A DNA stretch of 64,000 nucleotides from the human T2T-CHM13v2.0 reference genome, Homo sapiens: the NCBI RefSeq assembly GCF_009914755.1, contig NC_060939.1. One strand, given 5' to 3'. This document shows, piece by piece, positions 43,942-62,603 of the stretch; position 1 is the stretch's first letter; every line of letters starts with the position of its first letter. The notes under the pieces were generated by a model that ran no database searches, was not told where the DNA came from, and saw nothing but the letters and a program-made list of their open reading frames with translations. A program made the position numbers and the translations under genes.

Positions 43942-45541
43942 GGAGAGACACTGCTTCAGGCCTGGTGAGGCCCATGGGTCACATTCACCTCCATGCCTGC
44001 CTCAGGTAGCCTGGCAACCAGGCCCCCACCATCAACAGTGGAAATGCCAACTGTTCCAAATGCTCTAAGGGCAGGGCACAAGAGGAAGGAGAGCCATGTC
44101 CTTTAAGTCCCCCAGCTTATACTGCCTCTCTGCGGGGTGGAGGTCACTTACCTGCTGACAACTTGAAGACAGCAGATGCAACCTACTCATGTCTTAGCCC
44201 TCAAAGTGCCCAGCACAAAGCCTGGCACATGGTAGGTGCCCAAGACATACCATGGGTAGATCAATCACACACAGATCCATTGTTCCTCTCTGAGCTTCGG
44301 CTTCTTTTTGCCCCTTCCCACATGGCGACCACTGCCTATGACAGTGAAGCAGAGGGCTGGCGGACTCCAGCTGAAACTCACGACACTGCCAAGGTGGCAC
44401 CCGCTCCTCCCTCTCCCCCACTGCTTCCTCAGCTCCCAAGGCCGCTGGGCAACTTAGTAGGAGGAGGTCTAGGCAGCTCTGCTACTCAGCTTGGTGGGTC
44501 AGCCTTCCCTAGAATGTCTCATGTGATGCAAAGTGCCCTCCTGCTGTGAGCCTCAGAAGGAAGGAGGAAGCCCACGCTACCTGGGGAGGCTGTCTGGGAG
44601 GCAGGGACAGGAGACCCCTGTGGTGGCGGCTGCCTGCTACCCTCTCCAGCCCTGGCCCTGTCCCCCCACCCTAGCATGGTTGTTCGTGCCCTCCTTCCCT
44701 TCCTCTCCTAAGCAGCGGGGCAACTCAGGCACTGGGGCCTGGCAGGGCTGGGCCTGGGCCTGACTTGGCTTGCCTCAAACAAACCACAAATCCCTCAGCA
44801 TAAAACGGTAACTGGTTTTCAGGGCTGTTGTGCAGATTAGGCCTCATGTTTATAAAGTACAGCAGAGAACCTGGCATACAGTAGGGCTTGGAACCTGGAA
44901 GTTGTTATTTTCCCTTCGTTTCCTCATACTTTGATCTGTCAGTGCCACTCCCTCCCACCACCTCCAACTTCCTGCCAACTTCCCATAAGTGGCTGGTGGG
45001 TCGCTGAGGGGCGAATCAGGCATTGGCAGCTTATCTGTTCCTAGGTCTGGGAGACAAAACAAGCAGTAGTCAGCTGTGACCCTGGAAAATCACCTCACCT
45101 TCATGACTAACTGAATGACTGTCACTTTATATCTATGACTAAAAGACTGCAGTTTTCCTCAATAAAATAAGACAGAGATTTCCCACATACAATTAAGGCA
45201 TGGTTCCCTGTTTTTCTTCTTGATCTTTTTACCAAAACTACTGCACTTTTAACATCACAGATATGATCATGAAGCCAACTGCGTCCCCAAAGTGTGTGTC
45301 CTTAACATTTTTCAAGGCCCATGTATAGCTGTTATCTTGTGTGAACCTCAGATGGCCCAATGAGGATGTAAGGCAAGTTCAAGTACAGGCTCCACACTAG
45401 AGATAAGAAAACAGAGATGGCAAAAGATGAATAAGTTTGGCTTGGGGCTCACGCAGCAAGCTGGTAAAGAAGTTTGACTCCCTACTTCTGCCTCCTTCAC
45501 TCCCCTACGCTGATTCCCCAAAGCTGCCCTCAGCCCACTCA

Positions 45542-46079
<538 letters not shown>

Positions 46080-46336
46080 CTCTACACCCTCATATACCCC
46101 CATATCCACCATACAGCTACACACACACACACACACACTCTCACACAAACTCTCTCTCTCTCATAGCTTCTCCTAACACAAAACACACACTCACACTCCT
46201 CTATATCTCCACAATCCATATGACACTACACACTCACCCCCTCCACACTGTCACGGATAACCTCTCCTCACACATGCACATACAGTAGGACCAGCTGTTT
46301 CCCAGTCAAGGAGATTGATAAAGAACAAAGTCTTAC

Positions 46337-46402
46337 CAGTCACCACTACTTGAGCTGCTCCCATTGCCTTGGCCACGAGCAAAGTGACTACCCCGATTGC
46401 CC
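46337..46402 (-). pseudogene. SORD2P: Exon 6 (66 nt): (G)AIGVVTLLVAKAMGAAQVVVT
   Basis: Acceptor tgtttag|GG, donor ACTG|gtaaga. P183A and M186V relative to SORD. Not present in the ORF track. Confidence 0.93.
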
Positions 46403-47219
46403 CTAAACAAAGCAAAAGATATAAGATTGTGAAATATTAAACATCTGCTCTCCCACTTGTCCAGGCCACGGACAGGAACCATATCTTTTGTGTGTCTCTA
46501 GCATCTATCCCAGTGCCTGGCATGATAAGACCTTAGCGGCTGTTTGTTGAATGCAGAAGAGAATGAATCCATGAAGAATTATTCTCTACATAAAATACGC
46601 TCCTAGTGCTGGGTTCTATTTAATCCTCTCAAACCTCAGAGCTAAAATTTTCCCACTTACTCCTGGGCACTAGTGGAGATAATCTCAAAGAACCACGGGA
46701 TTCAAGGAAACACAAACTTACTCAGAAAATAAGAAATCTCAGAAGGTCTGGACTTGTTTTCCTGTTCTTTCTTTGCCCCTACCTTCGTGAGAACCCATCA
46801 CACCTCCCCCAGAGAGAGACATATTCCTTTTAGGTGCCCTCTGAGGACCACCTGGAGAGGGTTCTTAAGTGAGCTGGCTCCCTGGGTTGGCCCAGGTGCC
46901 CAGATAGCCCCAGGATACTCAGGTATCCAAGGATTTGCCTGAGACACCTGCTTCCCCATAGTATCTGCATGCTATGTGACACTATGGTTTTAATATAAAA
47001 ATCAGACCCACAGAATGAAAGCAATGCAGAATATCTTTGGGGGTTTACTTTTTGTACACATCCCCTAAGAACAATTTTGTGAGCTCCCTCAGAAAACAAA
47101 ACACTGAAAAATAATACCTGAAATGTCCAACAAAGCATGATTAAAAAACTACATGGCTACTAAAAATTACGCCATAACTCTTTATCTATTGACATGGAAA
47201 AATGTTCACAGTATATTGA

Positions 47220-47517
47220 TTTTTTTTTTTTTTTGGAGACAGAGTCTTGCTCTGTCACCCAGGCTGGAGTGTAGTGTTGCAATCTCAGCTCACTGCAACC
47301 TTCGCCTCCCGGGTTCAAGCAATTCTCTCACCTCAGCCTCCTAAGTAGTGGAGATTACAGGCGCCCGCCACCAAGCCTGGCTACTTTTTGTTTTTTTAGT
47401 AGAGACAGGGTTTCACCATGTTGGCCAGGCTGATCTCAAATTCCTGACCTCAGGTGATCTGCCTGCCTCAGCCTCCCAAAGTGCTAGGATTACAGGCATG
47501 AGCCACTGTGCCCAGCC
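47220..47517 (-). mobile_element. AluS SINE
   Basis: Reverse full Alu. Confidence 0.92.
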
Positions 47518-48301
47518 TGATTTTTAAAAAAGAGTAGGTAAAGGAAGCGTATTTAGCATGGTCTCAGAAAAAACCAACTAACTAAAAGATTCTATACCCA
47601 AATATTAATAGTGGTTCTCTTGGGCTAATCGGTAATGGGATTACAGGTGAATTTCTGTGTGTGTGTGTGTTGGGGGCAAGGCATGCATGTGTGTGGTATG
47701 TGTGACTTATTTTCCTTTTCTATGGTAAAAAGGTACTGGATCCATGCAGATTTTTATAAGAATCTGTCACCTGAGTCCCGCAGTCTGCTAGCCCATTGTG
47801 GCAAGTCTATTCTACATCCATCACCCCTCTTAGGAAGCCGTGTGATCACTTATTTGGCCAGCCAAAGAAAATCACAAACAAGTATGAGGAACACCAGATC
47901 ACACCCACAAGGAGTGTGAGCGTACTGTCTGGGTCACCAGAATGATTCGTTCTGAGGCTGCTAGGGCTTGTTCCAGATGGCTGGAAAGATGGCTGGAAAC
48001 AGGGGATGAGAGAAGGCAGCTAGCTACAACCCTACTGCAGGCAGACTGCTGGCTCACAGTGGTGTGGGAGCAGACCACTGCTCACTCCTCCCACTGGCTG
48101 GGAGCAGGGTCTACCTTATTCATAGATGGGACTAGGCCATCACTTTGCTGGTATAATTTGAAAGTTCCAAGAGTTGCCCTTCCCTTTACTATCAAAAATA
48201 TTTCTCTAAGGTGGAGGTTGCAGTGAGCCAAGATCACGCAAATAAAAAAATTTTCCTAGTTTCCCATCAAGGGTTCAAAAATAATCGCCAGATTAATTCC
48301 C

Positions 48302-48963
<662 letters not shown>

Positions 48964-49024
48964 TGAAAGGGCTATGTTGCCTAGGACATATAACCCTAGT
49001 TAATATCATGTCCACAGATACTCA

Positions 49025-49318
<294 letters not shown>

Positions 49319-49774
49319 TCAATTGACACACAGAGATCCTCTGAGTTAACTACAATGCTAACAATAGTATTATATATGCCCAACGTCACTGTAATAACAA
49401 CAATAGCTAACATTTATTGAGCATTTATTTATGTGCAGAGCAATGTGCTAAGCAATTTATATACATTAACTCACGTAAATCCCTGGAATAGTTCTGTGGT
49501 AGGTACTATCATTCCCATTTTACAGATGAGGAAACAGGCGTGGTGGGTTAAATGACTTGCCCCAGCGGTCCAAAGCTAGTGAGGAGCCAAAAGCGTTCAA
49601 ATTAGAAGCCAGATATGTTCTCATCACAGAACCCATGCCACAATGTCCCCATCTGAAGAAGGCAACATGGTTTTCTTTGGGTAAATCAATTCAGTGAAAT
49701 GAACACATTATGTTTTCTTTAATGTGCTATCCAAGGTACGGTATGGTGGTTATCATTAATAAATGAAAAGTTTG

Positions 49775-50093
49775 TTTATTTATTTACTTATTTATTTATT
49801 TATTTATTTTTGAGATGGAGTCTCACTCTATCTCCCAGGCTGGAGTGTAGTGGCGCAATCTCGGCTCACTGCAAGCTCTGTCTCCCAGGTTCACGCCATT
49901 CTCTCACCTCAGCCTCCTGAGCAGCTGGGACTACAGGCGCCCGCCACCATGCCGGGCTAATTTTTTATATTTTCTAGTAGAGACGGGGTTTCACCGTGTT
50001 ATCCAGGATGGTCTCGACCTCCTGACCTTGTGATCCGCCCGCCTCAGCCTCCCAAAGTGCTGGGATTATAGGTGTGAGCCACCATGCCCGGCC
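49775..50093 (-). mobile_element. AluY SINE with (TTTA)n tail
   Basis: TSD gaaaagttt(g/a)ttta. Confidence 0.92.
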
Positions 50094-53000
50094 GAAAAGT
50101 TTATTTAACAAGGAGTTAATATGGCCACCTTCCAGCATCTCATCTGCTTCCCAAACTTACAGCCTTTTTAGTTTCACTTTAGCAAACAATCCTGACTATC
50201 ACCAGTTTTGCAGAACAGTGATTTAGCAATGGGCATCACTCTGATAGTCGCCTCCCATATTATACATTCCAGAAGAACCACATCTGAGGACAGCAGCTGC
50301 CCCGCTGACCCAGGACCAGTTAAGATGAAAGGACCTGTTCCACATAGCAGATTAAATGCTGTGTCACCTTCACTCTGGGTTCTAGGTTTTCACTTCCACT
50401 GGCATCTTAACCCTATCAATAATACAGCTGATGACGACAGCAAATATCTGCATAAAGCTTTACAGATTAGGAAGCATGCTCATCCGTTATCTCATTTAAT
50501 CCTCATGAAAACCATGTTAGGCAGGTAGGGCAGGCTTTTTTTAAAAAACATTTATTTTACAGAAGAGTAAACGGAAACTCACTGACATGACATTAAGAGA
50601 ATTGCCAAGGTTATGAAGCTAGGGAATGAAGGCCAGACTTAACAAAGGTGTCCTGATTCCACATCCTCTGCCTGTCCCATATCAGCTCCATCCTGGTATG
50701 AGCAGCTGTGTAGCTAATATTAATATCTAATTTCTGCTAGTTCCTCACTGCCCAGGATTTACCCAGCACCCCAAATCTCCACACACAGGAACAGGAAAAC
50801 CCTCAAGTTCCAAAAAGAAATAAATGTGACAGCCAAACCATGTGCTCATCCCCATGATCCTTTCAACACTGTCTCCAATCTTCAACAGAATAACTCGGAG
50901 TCCTCCTGTCACTGTCCCTGATCCTTGACAGAACTACTCACCAGGCCAATGGAGGCCCAGCTGCCACCCACCACCCCCTTATCCCTTCCCCTCGGCTTCT
51001 TTCCCATCACTTCCCCTACTCCAATCCACTCTCCTGCTCTGACTGCGGTCACACTCCTTCTACTCCCCCTAGAAGTATCCCTTCTATATAATAGGAAAAA
51101 GGTGAAAATGAAATTGTGAAGATGCCTAAACTCTCTTAGGGACTCCACAGGTTCCTAGACATGCCTGCCCTTCCACATCTGGGCCTCCTGAGGAACTCAT
51201 AAGGGCTCTATGCAGAGGGTGGCTTGCGTGGAAACTACATCAAGGAGAGATGGGATTGGGGAAGGTGATGAGGGAAGATTGTTATCAGGAAGAATACTCT
51301 ACTGATTAAGCAGATGCTGCCTCATCCGCCTGCACCCAACACAGCCAACTGTGTTGGAAAGCCACCTGGTGTGGAGGCAGAAGCATGCACAAGGAGTCCT
51401 GGAGGCCAGCCCCGCTGCCACTGACCTTGGGAAAACCACTGACTCCACCCTCCCCAATCTTGTCCAGTGGGGGTTGATGGAGAACGAGGATGAGAAGACT
51501 CCAAGTTTCTTCCCAGCCCCAACCTTTCATGCTTTATAAACACCAGAGAGTGATGAGGCAACTTGGTAGTTTTTACAATGGGGTTCAGGGAACAGTCCAA
51601 ATTGGGTAACGGATGATCAAGAAGCCAAGGAGGAAGCAGGAAAATAGAAAGAAAATAGATACAAAAATAAAGAGGCTGTGGTAGTATGGGAATCCTAAAA
51701 AGACATCAGAGAGGAGGGCTTGGGTCTAGGGAAGAACTGGGGACACAGGCAGAAAGCCCCCTGGGAGGAGAAGAAAGGCAGGGCTGTAGGACTCCCCAGA
51801 GACCTTCCTCAGCACCCCCACTGCCACTGCCACTGCCAGCCAGAGCCCCATCATTCCCTATAAACCACCAGCACAAGGCTCTCTTTCAGGCCTACTCCTG
51901 CACCTCCATGCCCAGACCACTAGGCCATGACTATGGCATAGCTTGGTACCATTTACTGAGCACCTACTATGTGCCAGACCTCATGCTGGAGACTTGATAT
52001 GCTTTTCTCATTGGATCTCATCAGTAATTCTGTGAGGGAGGTACCATTACTATTTCTATTTTACAGGCGAGGATATTGAGGTTACAAAATTTAAGTGACT
52101 TGCCCAAGGTCACACAGTTGTAATTGGCAGAGACCAGTGGGCTTCACCACTATGCTCTTCTGCCTTCCATGAAACTTTCGTTTGGTGTCTTGACTTGGAA
52201 AGGGCCCCAGAAAGATGGGCCCATTCAGGAACCACTTGCTGAAAGGTGTACTCTGCACATGTAACCTGCTTACTTCTAGAGCAGGTTCAGGTGTTGACTT
52301 AAACCCATCACAAGGTCTCTGGCCTGTGACTCCTCTCAAGGCTCCCAGTGGGCCCTAGAAAAACTCAGATCTGTCAGACTGCTCCTGTGACTGGCACCTG
52401 GCCTCCACCGGACAAGCCCCATCCTGGCTGAAAACCACCACTGGGGCCAGGCTGCGGTGGGGGAAGAATGCATCTGGGTTGGGTCAGGGGGAAAGCGGCA
52501 CTTCGGCACCCTAGAGCTCCACGGCTGGGGCCATGGGGGGCCACGCAGAAAGGGAGGCACTTTGCTTCCTCCAGACTCAACTTCACAATTTCAGGGGTGA
52601 GAATTGGAGTAGGGTAGGGGAGTGGGCACAGGGCAGGAGCTTGAGACTCACAGAGACCCCAGTTTGACTCTTGGTTGTGCTCTGTGCCCAAGTCAATGAG
52701 CTTCCTTCTGCCTTGGTTAACCCAATAATGGTGCCCACCTCACCATTATTCTTGTGGAGATTAAATAAATTGAAGCATGCAAACCACTTATTAGCACAAG
52801 GGCAGGCACATAGTAATAATAATTATGACTCTCCATGCATCACCTTATTTAATATTTTGGCGATTAAATGAAACTGAAGCAGAGAAAAGTTAAATCATTT
52901 CTCCAAATTCACTTGCCAGGAGGGAGTAGATCCAGGATCCCAGAACTCAAGCCCTGGCAGCACACCACACCTCAGGAAATGTCAGCCGTTGCTGTCATGG

Positions 53001-53331
53001 TGTGTTGTTGCTATTGTCGAGGTCATTGTTGTTACAGGTTTCCTTTCTGGTGGTTGCAGTGGAAACTAATAACAGAGGATGAACCACAGGAATTCCCTCC
53101 AGGATGTCTGCAGAGGGTGAGTGATTTCAGCAATAATTTTCTATTGTTGCTCTAAGTAAGGGAAACTGGAACTGAAAGACTAAAACCAACCACTGTGAGT
53201 CAGTCTTATTCCTAGGGAGGCTACCCTCTCTCAATGCCACCAAGAAGAGTAGCCTGCCCAGGCGATGCCTCATGTTTGGAATTAGGAGCTGAAAGAATAA
53301 AGAAATAACCACAGGAAACAGCACCAAGTTA

Positions 53332-53739
<408 letters not shown>

Positions 53740-54814
53740 TTAGGCAAGTGAGGAAACTCGGGATGAAGCACAGAGTCACTCTGGGGGAAAAGGACCAGCC
53801 CCCTCCTCCACAGCCCAGTGTGGCCTGCCCTTTTTCCAGCTCCTGCAACAAGCCAAGCCACCCTCTATCTCCACAGCCACTTCCCAGCTAAGGCAAGCCA
53901 AGTATAGTTCCCATCTCACACTGCTGGAAAAGGGGTAGCTAATACATGGAGTTTGCAGGCATTTTTTCTTCATCTGTTTGGAAGATAGAAAGCAAAGCCT
54001 TTACAAAGACAACAGCTATAATTACAGCATGTTTTATGTCCAGTTTGGTCGTTTTTAGACAATAATTAGGAGTCAACTGATTCCTGGTAGTAGAACTGCA
54101 AAGGCCAATGACCTGCAGAGGCCTCATACAGTGGAGAGTAATACTTGAGGCTTCTGAACAGCCAGCTCTATTATATTTCTACTCTATGCCTCACAACGAC
54201 TGCTTGGAAACCCAGCCTGAGAACTGCTCTCTAATTGTTTTCTTTTTCTGTCTTTTTATTATGAAGAATTTCAAACACACAGCAAAATTCAAAGAATTGT
54301 ATAGTCAACACCTGGATACCCTCCTCCTACATTCTTCAAGGAACATCTAGCTATGTTCACTTTATCACATATCTATCCATCTACCCCTCCATCTCATCTC
54401 TGTCTCCTTCCATCAGTCGATCTTCTTTTCCGATGCACTTCAAAGCAGGCTGCAGACATCAGTATACTTCACCCTTAAATGCTTCAGCCTGCATATCATT
54501 AACTAGAGTTCAGTATTTGTTTATGGTTCTTTTTTAAAGGTATCACCTAGGAATGCAAACCCCTTTTATGATACAGAACACTACCACTACCTCAGAAATC
54601 TTATTCCTCTGTATCTGTTCCCAGTCAATCCCCAGCCCCATCCCCAGAGGACACCAATGTTTTTATTTTTATTTTTTGTACCACAGATTAGTATTGCCTG
54701 TTCTAGCACGTCACAAAAATGGGATCATACAGTAGATACTCTTTTGTATCTTTCTTCTTTCAGTTAGCATAATGCTTTTCAGATTGATCTCTGTTGTTGT
54801 GGTATTAACTGTCT

Positions 54815-55254
54815 GGCCAGGTGTGGTGGCTCATGCCTATAATCTCATAATCCCAGCATTTTGGGAGGTCAAGGCAGGAGGATTGCTTGAGCCCAGGAGT
54901 TCGAGACGAACCTGGGCAACATAGAAAGACCTCATCTTTACAAAAAAATTTTTTTTTAATTAGCTGAGCATGGTGGTGTGTACCTGTGGTCTCAGCTACT
55001 TGGGAGGCTGAGGTGGGAGAATCAATTGAGCCCAGGAGTTCGAGACGAACCTGGGCAACATAGAAAGACCTCATCTTTACAAAAAAAATTTTTTTTTAAT
55101 TAGCTGAGCATGGTGGTGTGTACCTGTGGTCTCAGCTACTTGGGAGGCTGAGGTGGGAGAATCACTTGAGCCCAGGAGGTTGAGGCTGCAGAGAGACATG
55201 ATCACACCACTATATTCCCACCTGGGTGACAGAGCAAGACTGTCTCAAAAACAA
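54815..55254 (+). mobile_element. AluJ with internal 139/140-bp tandem duplication (trimeric), inside an old L1M
   Basis: Near-identical blocks 54887-55025 and 55026-55165. Confidence 0.9.
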
Positions 55255-55588
55255 ATGACAGTTTGTTCCTTTTCATGGCTGAATAGTGTTCCCATAGTTG
55301 CTCAGGCAAGAGAAGATGCACCCCGTGCTTGCCTAATGTAAGAGTATACCACAGTCAGTATCACCATTCTCTTACTGATGGAAAAAACCTGGTTGTTTCC
55401 AGTTTTCTCATTGCTGGTTTTTTGGGTTTTTTTTGTGTATGTTTCTTTGTTGTTTTTTTTTTGTTTGTTTGTTTTTTGAGACAGGATCTCACTCTGTCAC
55501 CCAGGCTGGAGTCCAGTGGTGCAATCACAGCTCACTGTAGCCTCGACCTCCCCAAGCCCAGGTGATCCTCCTGCCTCAGCCTCCCAAG

Positions 55589-56595
<1,007 letters not shown>

Positions 56596-57621
56596 TAGAA
56601 GGGCATTACTTATTGGCAAAAATTTCCCCTGGAATGTGACAAGTAAAACCTGTTGGTTAAAGACAGTAGCACTTTTCTGTTGTAAAGGAAAGGGAGACAG
56701 GTAGGAATAATTGAGGACAAATAGTTATCCTGAGGTTTTGGGATGGTTTAGATGGTTCATCTTCATGTAGGTACCCAGCCCTGTGTAGGGGAACTCCAAA
56801 TACACTGTCAATACAGCAATGGCCTCCATGTTTCCAGAAAACAGAAAGCAGACTTACAGGGGATTTTAATATCACAGGTATTGCTACACATCAAAGTTAC
56901 GATTGGATTTAAACTCCGTCTGAATTTGGGGAGTGACCCATACCAGCGAATCAGAGACCAAACTAGAAACCCTGGCAGACCCTCCTGCCTGAACCCAGGC
57001 GTTAACTCCACAGAGAACAGCAGAAATCTCCCCTTCTAGCAGCCAGGAACAAGCTGGAGACCAACATGGCCAAACGCCAGTGAGGCAGGAAGCCATGTGG
57101 CAGGAGCCCAGGAAAGGACCCACAGGCCTTATCCTGCCTCAGTACCTGGTTATTCAGGAAAAGTCTGACGGATAGACTCCACTGGGAAGAGGTGCTTAAA
57201 CCTACTACACAGAATAGAGTTTACCAATAATGGTGGGATCAAGTCCTGCCATTTACCAAATGCCCATTGTGTGCCAGGTACCAGGAAAGGCACATCACAA
57301 AATCTCCCTTCCCTCACCATAAACCAACAAGATGGTGTTATCTCTGCTTTAGCGATGAGGAAACAGAAGCTCAGGTGGTCACACAGTGATAAGCTGTGGA
57401 GATTTGACTGTCTGCTCACCTCTGTACTAGTGTTCAGGCCCTCTGGAGCCTGAAGAGGATGTTAGGAACCTGGTGAGGCCTGCTGAGGCCATGGAAGGTC
57501 TGGCCTTTATTCAGCAGGGACATGATAAGCAATTTTTCCTAAGTCTTTTTGTGTTGAAAGTACTCACAGAATAGTGTAGAGTCCTGGTACATAGTTAGTG
57601 CTCATTAAAATAAGTGGTGAA

Positions 57622-58100
<479 letters not shown>

Positions 58101-58292
58101 TGACTTATATGTTTAAATTCTGTAAATGAACATTAGGAAATATTTGATGAGTTGTGGTCTTCTTTCTAGATTAGTTGATTAGAATTTTAAGTCAAAGTTA
58201 ACAAATGAAAGACTTTAAATCCAAATTTTGTATCCTAAGGAAAGAAAAGGACCCACAGAAATCCTTATGACCACCAAAATATGTCTGTATTT

Positions 58293-58611
<319 letters not shown>

Positions 58612-58815
58612 CTATCTCCTCTGACTCCCTCTGCTTTCTCTCCTGTCCAGTGAACTTTCTGCAAATTATGCCTATGTCATTAAGGATGAATTCTTCCACC
58701 TAGCCTTCAAGATCCTCCATAATCAGGTGGAGTTTTCATATTATTCAGTTTTACCTTCTAATTATGATTATATTATGATAACATGACATTTCACAGTTTT
58801 ACAGTGCTTTTTAAA

Positions 58816-59116
<301 letters not shown>

Positions 59117-59268
59117 AAGTGCTTTTTAAAGGGGGACTTTTATAAAGATTATGCATGTTTATCATCTCCAATAACTCCCCAACACAAAACCTCTGCTCTG
59201 AGCAGCACAGACTTATCTGCACCCAGATGTGTTACTCTCACATCTGTAATTTTGTTGTTCCCTTCCTC

Positions 59269-59574
59269 TTTTATTTTTTTTTTTTGAGATGGAGTCTCGC
59301 TCTGTCTCTCACCAAGGCTGGAAAGCTGGCATGCAGTGGCATGATCCCAGCTCACTGCAACCTCTGCCTCCTGAGTTCAGGCAATTCTCCTGCCTTAGCC
59401 TCCCAAGTAGCTAGGACTATAGGCGCGTGCCACCATGTCTGGCTAATTTTTCTATTTTTAGACAGAGTTTCACCATATTGGCCAGGCTGGTCTCAAACCC
59501 CTGACCTCAAGTGACCTGCCCACCGCAGCTTCCCAAAGTACTGAGATTACAGGCATGAGCCACCGCACCCAGCC
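59269..59574 (-). mobile_element. AluS SINE
   Basis: TSD tgttc(c/g)cttcctctt. Confidence 0.9.
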
Positions 59575-59832
59575 TGTTCGCTTCCTCTTAACTAGAATAT
59601 TAGCTCTGACCTCTTCAATAACTCAAATATAAAACCGTTCTCAAGTATGAAGATGCTGGGTAGCCCAGTGGTTCTGAGCACTTGCTCTAGAGTCCAAAAG
59701 ACCAGGGTGGGTATCCCAGTTCTGAGACCAACTAGTGAGTGACCCTGGGCAATAACCAGGCTTCAATTTCTTCTTCAATTAATGAAGATAATAATGCCTA
59801 TCTCATAGAGTTGTTTCAAGAATGAAATAAAT

Positions 59833-60145
59833 AGCCCAGGTGCAGTGGCTTAGGCCCGTAATTACAGAACTTTGGAAGGCCAAGGTAGGCAATTAACTTG
59901 AGGTCAGGAGTTCAAGACCAGCCTGGCCAATATGGTGAAGCCCAGCCTCTACCAAAAATACGAAAATTAGCCAGGCATGGTGCTGCATGTCTGTAATCCC
60001 AGCTACTTGGGAGGCTGAGGCACGGGAATCACTTGAACCAGGAGGTGGAGGTTGCAGCAAGGCAAGATTGCACCACTGCACTCCAGCCTGGGTGACAGAG
60101 CGAGACTCCGTCAAAAAAAAAAAAAAGAAAAAGAAAGAAAGAAAG
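59833..60145 (+). mobile_element. AluS SINE inside a MIR
   Basis: Full Alu; MIR core upstream (gtgaccctgggcaa...tatctcatagagttg). Confidence 0.9.
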
Positions 60146-61330
60146 AATTGTACATCTAAGTGTTTAACATGGAGACTAATGTAGCAAATCAATAAATATT
60201 AGCCACCTTCTTATTAATGTTACTACTGTTAGATGTCTAGCTCAAAGACCTATCTCCTCCATGAACTCTTTAACCACCTCTGCCCACAACAAATGCCCTT
60301 TGAACTCCTAAAGCCTATTCTTTCCCACACCTAATTGTACCCTATGGGCTTGCTGTCTAACTGCTGGTATTTATGAAGGGCCTGACATCTAGTGTTTCCA
60401 TATAGAACTAAGCATCCAGGGATCATATCTGCTCATTTTTCTATATCCCTCAAGGCTCGTGGCATAAGACTGAGCTCATTGTGGACAACTGACTAAACCC
60501 TTGTTATAATTTACATTTACAGAACCCCACTCTTTGTTATAATTTATAGTCAGAGACTTTGTCCCACAGGTGAGAACCAATCATCAGTGGCTGTTGGAAG
60601 CTATAAACATTCCATTAGGAAATAACCTCATAACACCACAGGAGCCTTCTTGACTTCCACTAATGATGAATGACTTAACATCCCTAAACAAGACACATGC
60701 CTGACTGCTTCACAGCTGGTCAATCCCTCTCCATGTGGTTGGGCTCAGAGAACTTTATAAGTAACACAGGATGGGGCCTCCTGTCAACCTCCACCTTCCC
60801 CCAAATAACGTGACCTTATTTCCGGGCTGCACAGCAGCCTCACCGGTAAAGGAAGGTTAAAGCCAATAGCTAACTATGCCAAGACAACTTGGATTTAATT
60901 CACGGTATCAGGGAACAACACAGCCTGCCACAGCTGAGAATTCCTCCCTCTGGAAAAATGAATTTAGTAAATCTAGGAAAAATAATGGTGGTTTCCCAGC
61001 CATCTAATAAAAATCAAACATTATATCCAAGGCCGTGGTTCACAGCATGTAAAGGTAGTTTGGTTTCCTGTGCCTCAAATGTTTTCTCCAGCCCTTTACC
61101 TGGCTTATTTCTTACCTGGCTCCAGATGTTGGATTAATTGTCCCTTCCTCAAATGAACCAAGGGTCTGGGTAAAATACACTAATCACACCCTGCATTCTC
61201 CTCTACTGCCCTTAACACATGGTGACTAAGTAACTATCTGTCTGCTCCAGGTCCCTCTTTTCTTGTGTAAGGTAAGATCCATGTGAGTATGGAACAAGAT
61301 TGTCTTGTTCCCTGCTGTACCCAGAGCTTA

Positions 61331-61618
<288 letters not shown>

Positions 61619-61763
61619 CTATCACTCTGAGGTGACCTAGTGATTTCCCTTTGCCCAGGGGAGAGGGCTGGGTTACCAGGCCAGGTACACAATTTAGGCC
61701 ACAGAGGAAATCAAGCTCCATAGCAACCCTGATTAAGTCTCGCAAGGCAAACAAGCTTCCACA

Positions 61764-62086
61764 TGTGGTGGCTAATTTTATGTGTCCACTTGGCTAGGCT
61801 ATAGTGCCTGGTTGTTTGAAGATACGTGTTGGGCATGGTTAACTTTTAAACCAATAGATTTTGAGTAAAGTAGATTACCCTCCATAATGTGGGTGAGCCT
61901 CATCCAATCAGTTTGAAGGTCTTAAAGGCAAAGACTGAGGTTTTCTGAAGGAGAAGGAATTCTCCTCAAGACTGCAACATCAACTCTTACCTGAATTTCC
62001 AGCCTGCCCTTTGTACACATACACACATACATACATACACATATATCTTAGTGGTTTTGTTTCTCTGGACAACACTAACCAATACA
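61764..62086 (+). mobile_element. MLT2 LTR (internally deleted)
   Basis: tgtggtggctaattttatgtgtccacttggctaggcta...tttctctggacaacactaaccaataca. Confidence 0.72.
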
Positions 62087-62192
62087 CTGGGTAAACAATA
62101 TATCATTAGTAGGATGAAATGTACCAACCACTTAAGAGAACAAACTATTTTCCAAAAGATAACTTTCCAGACAATTAATATGCTATGCGTGA

Positions 62193-62603
<411 letters not shown>

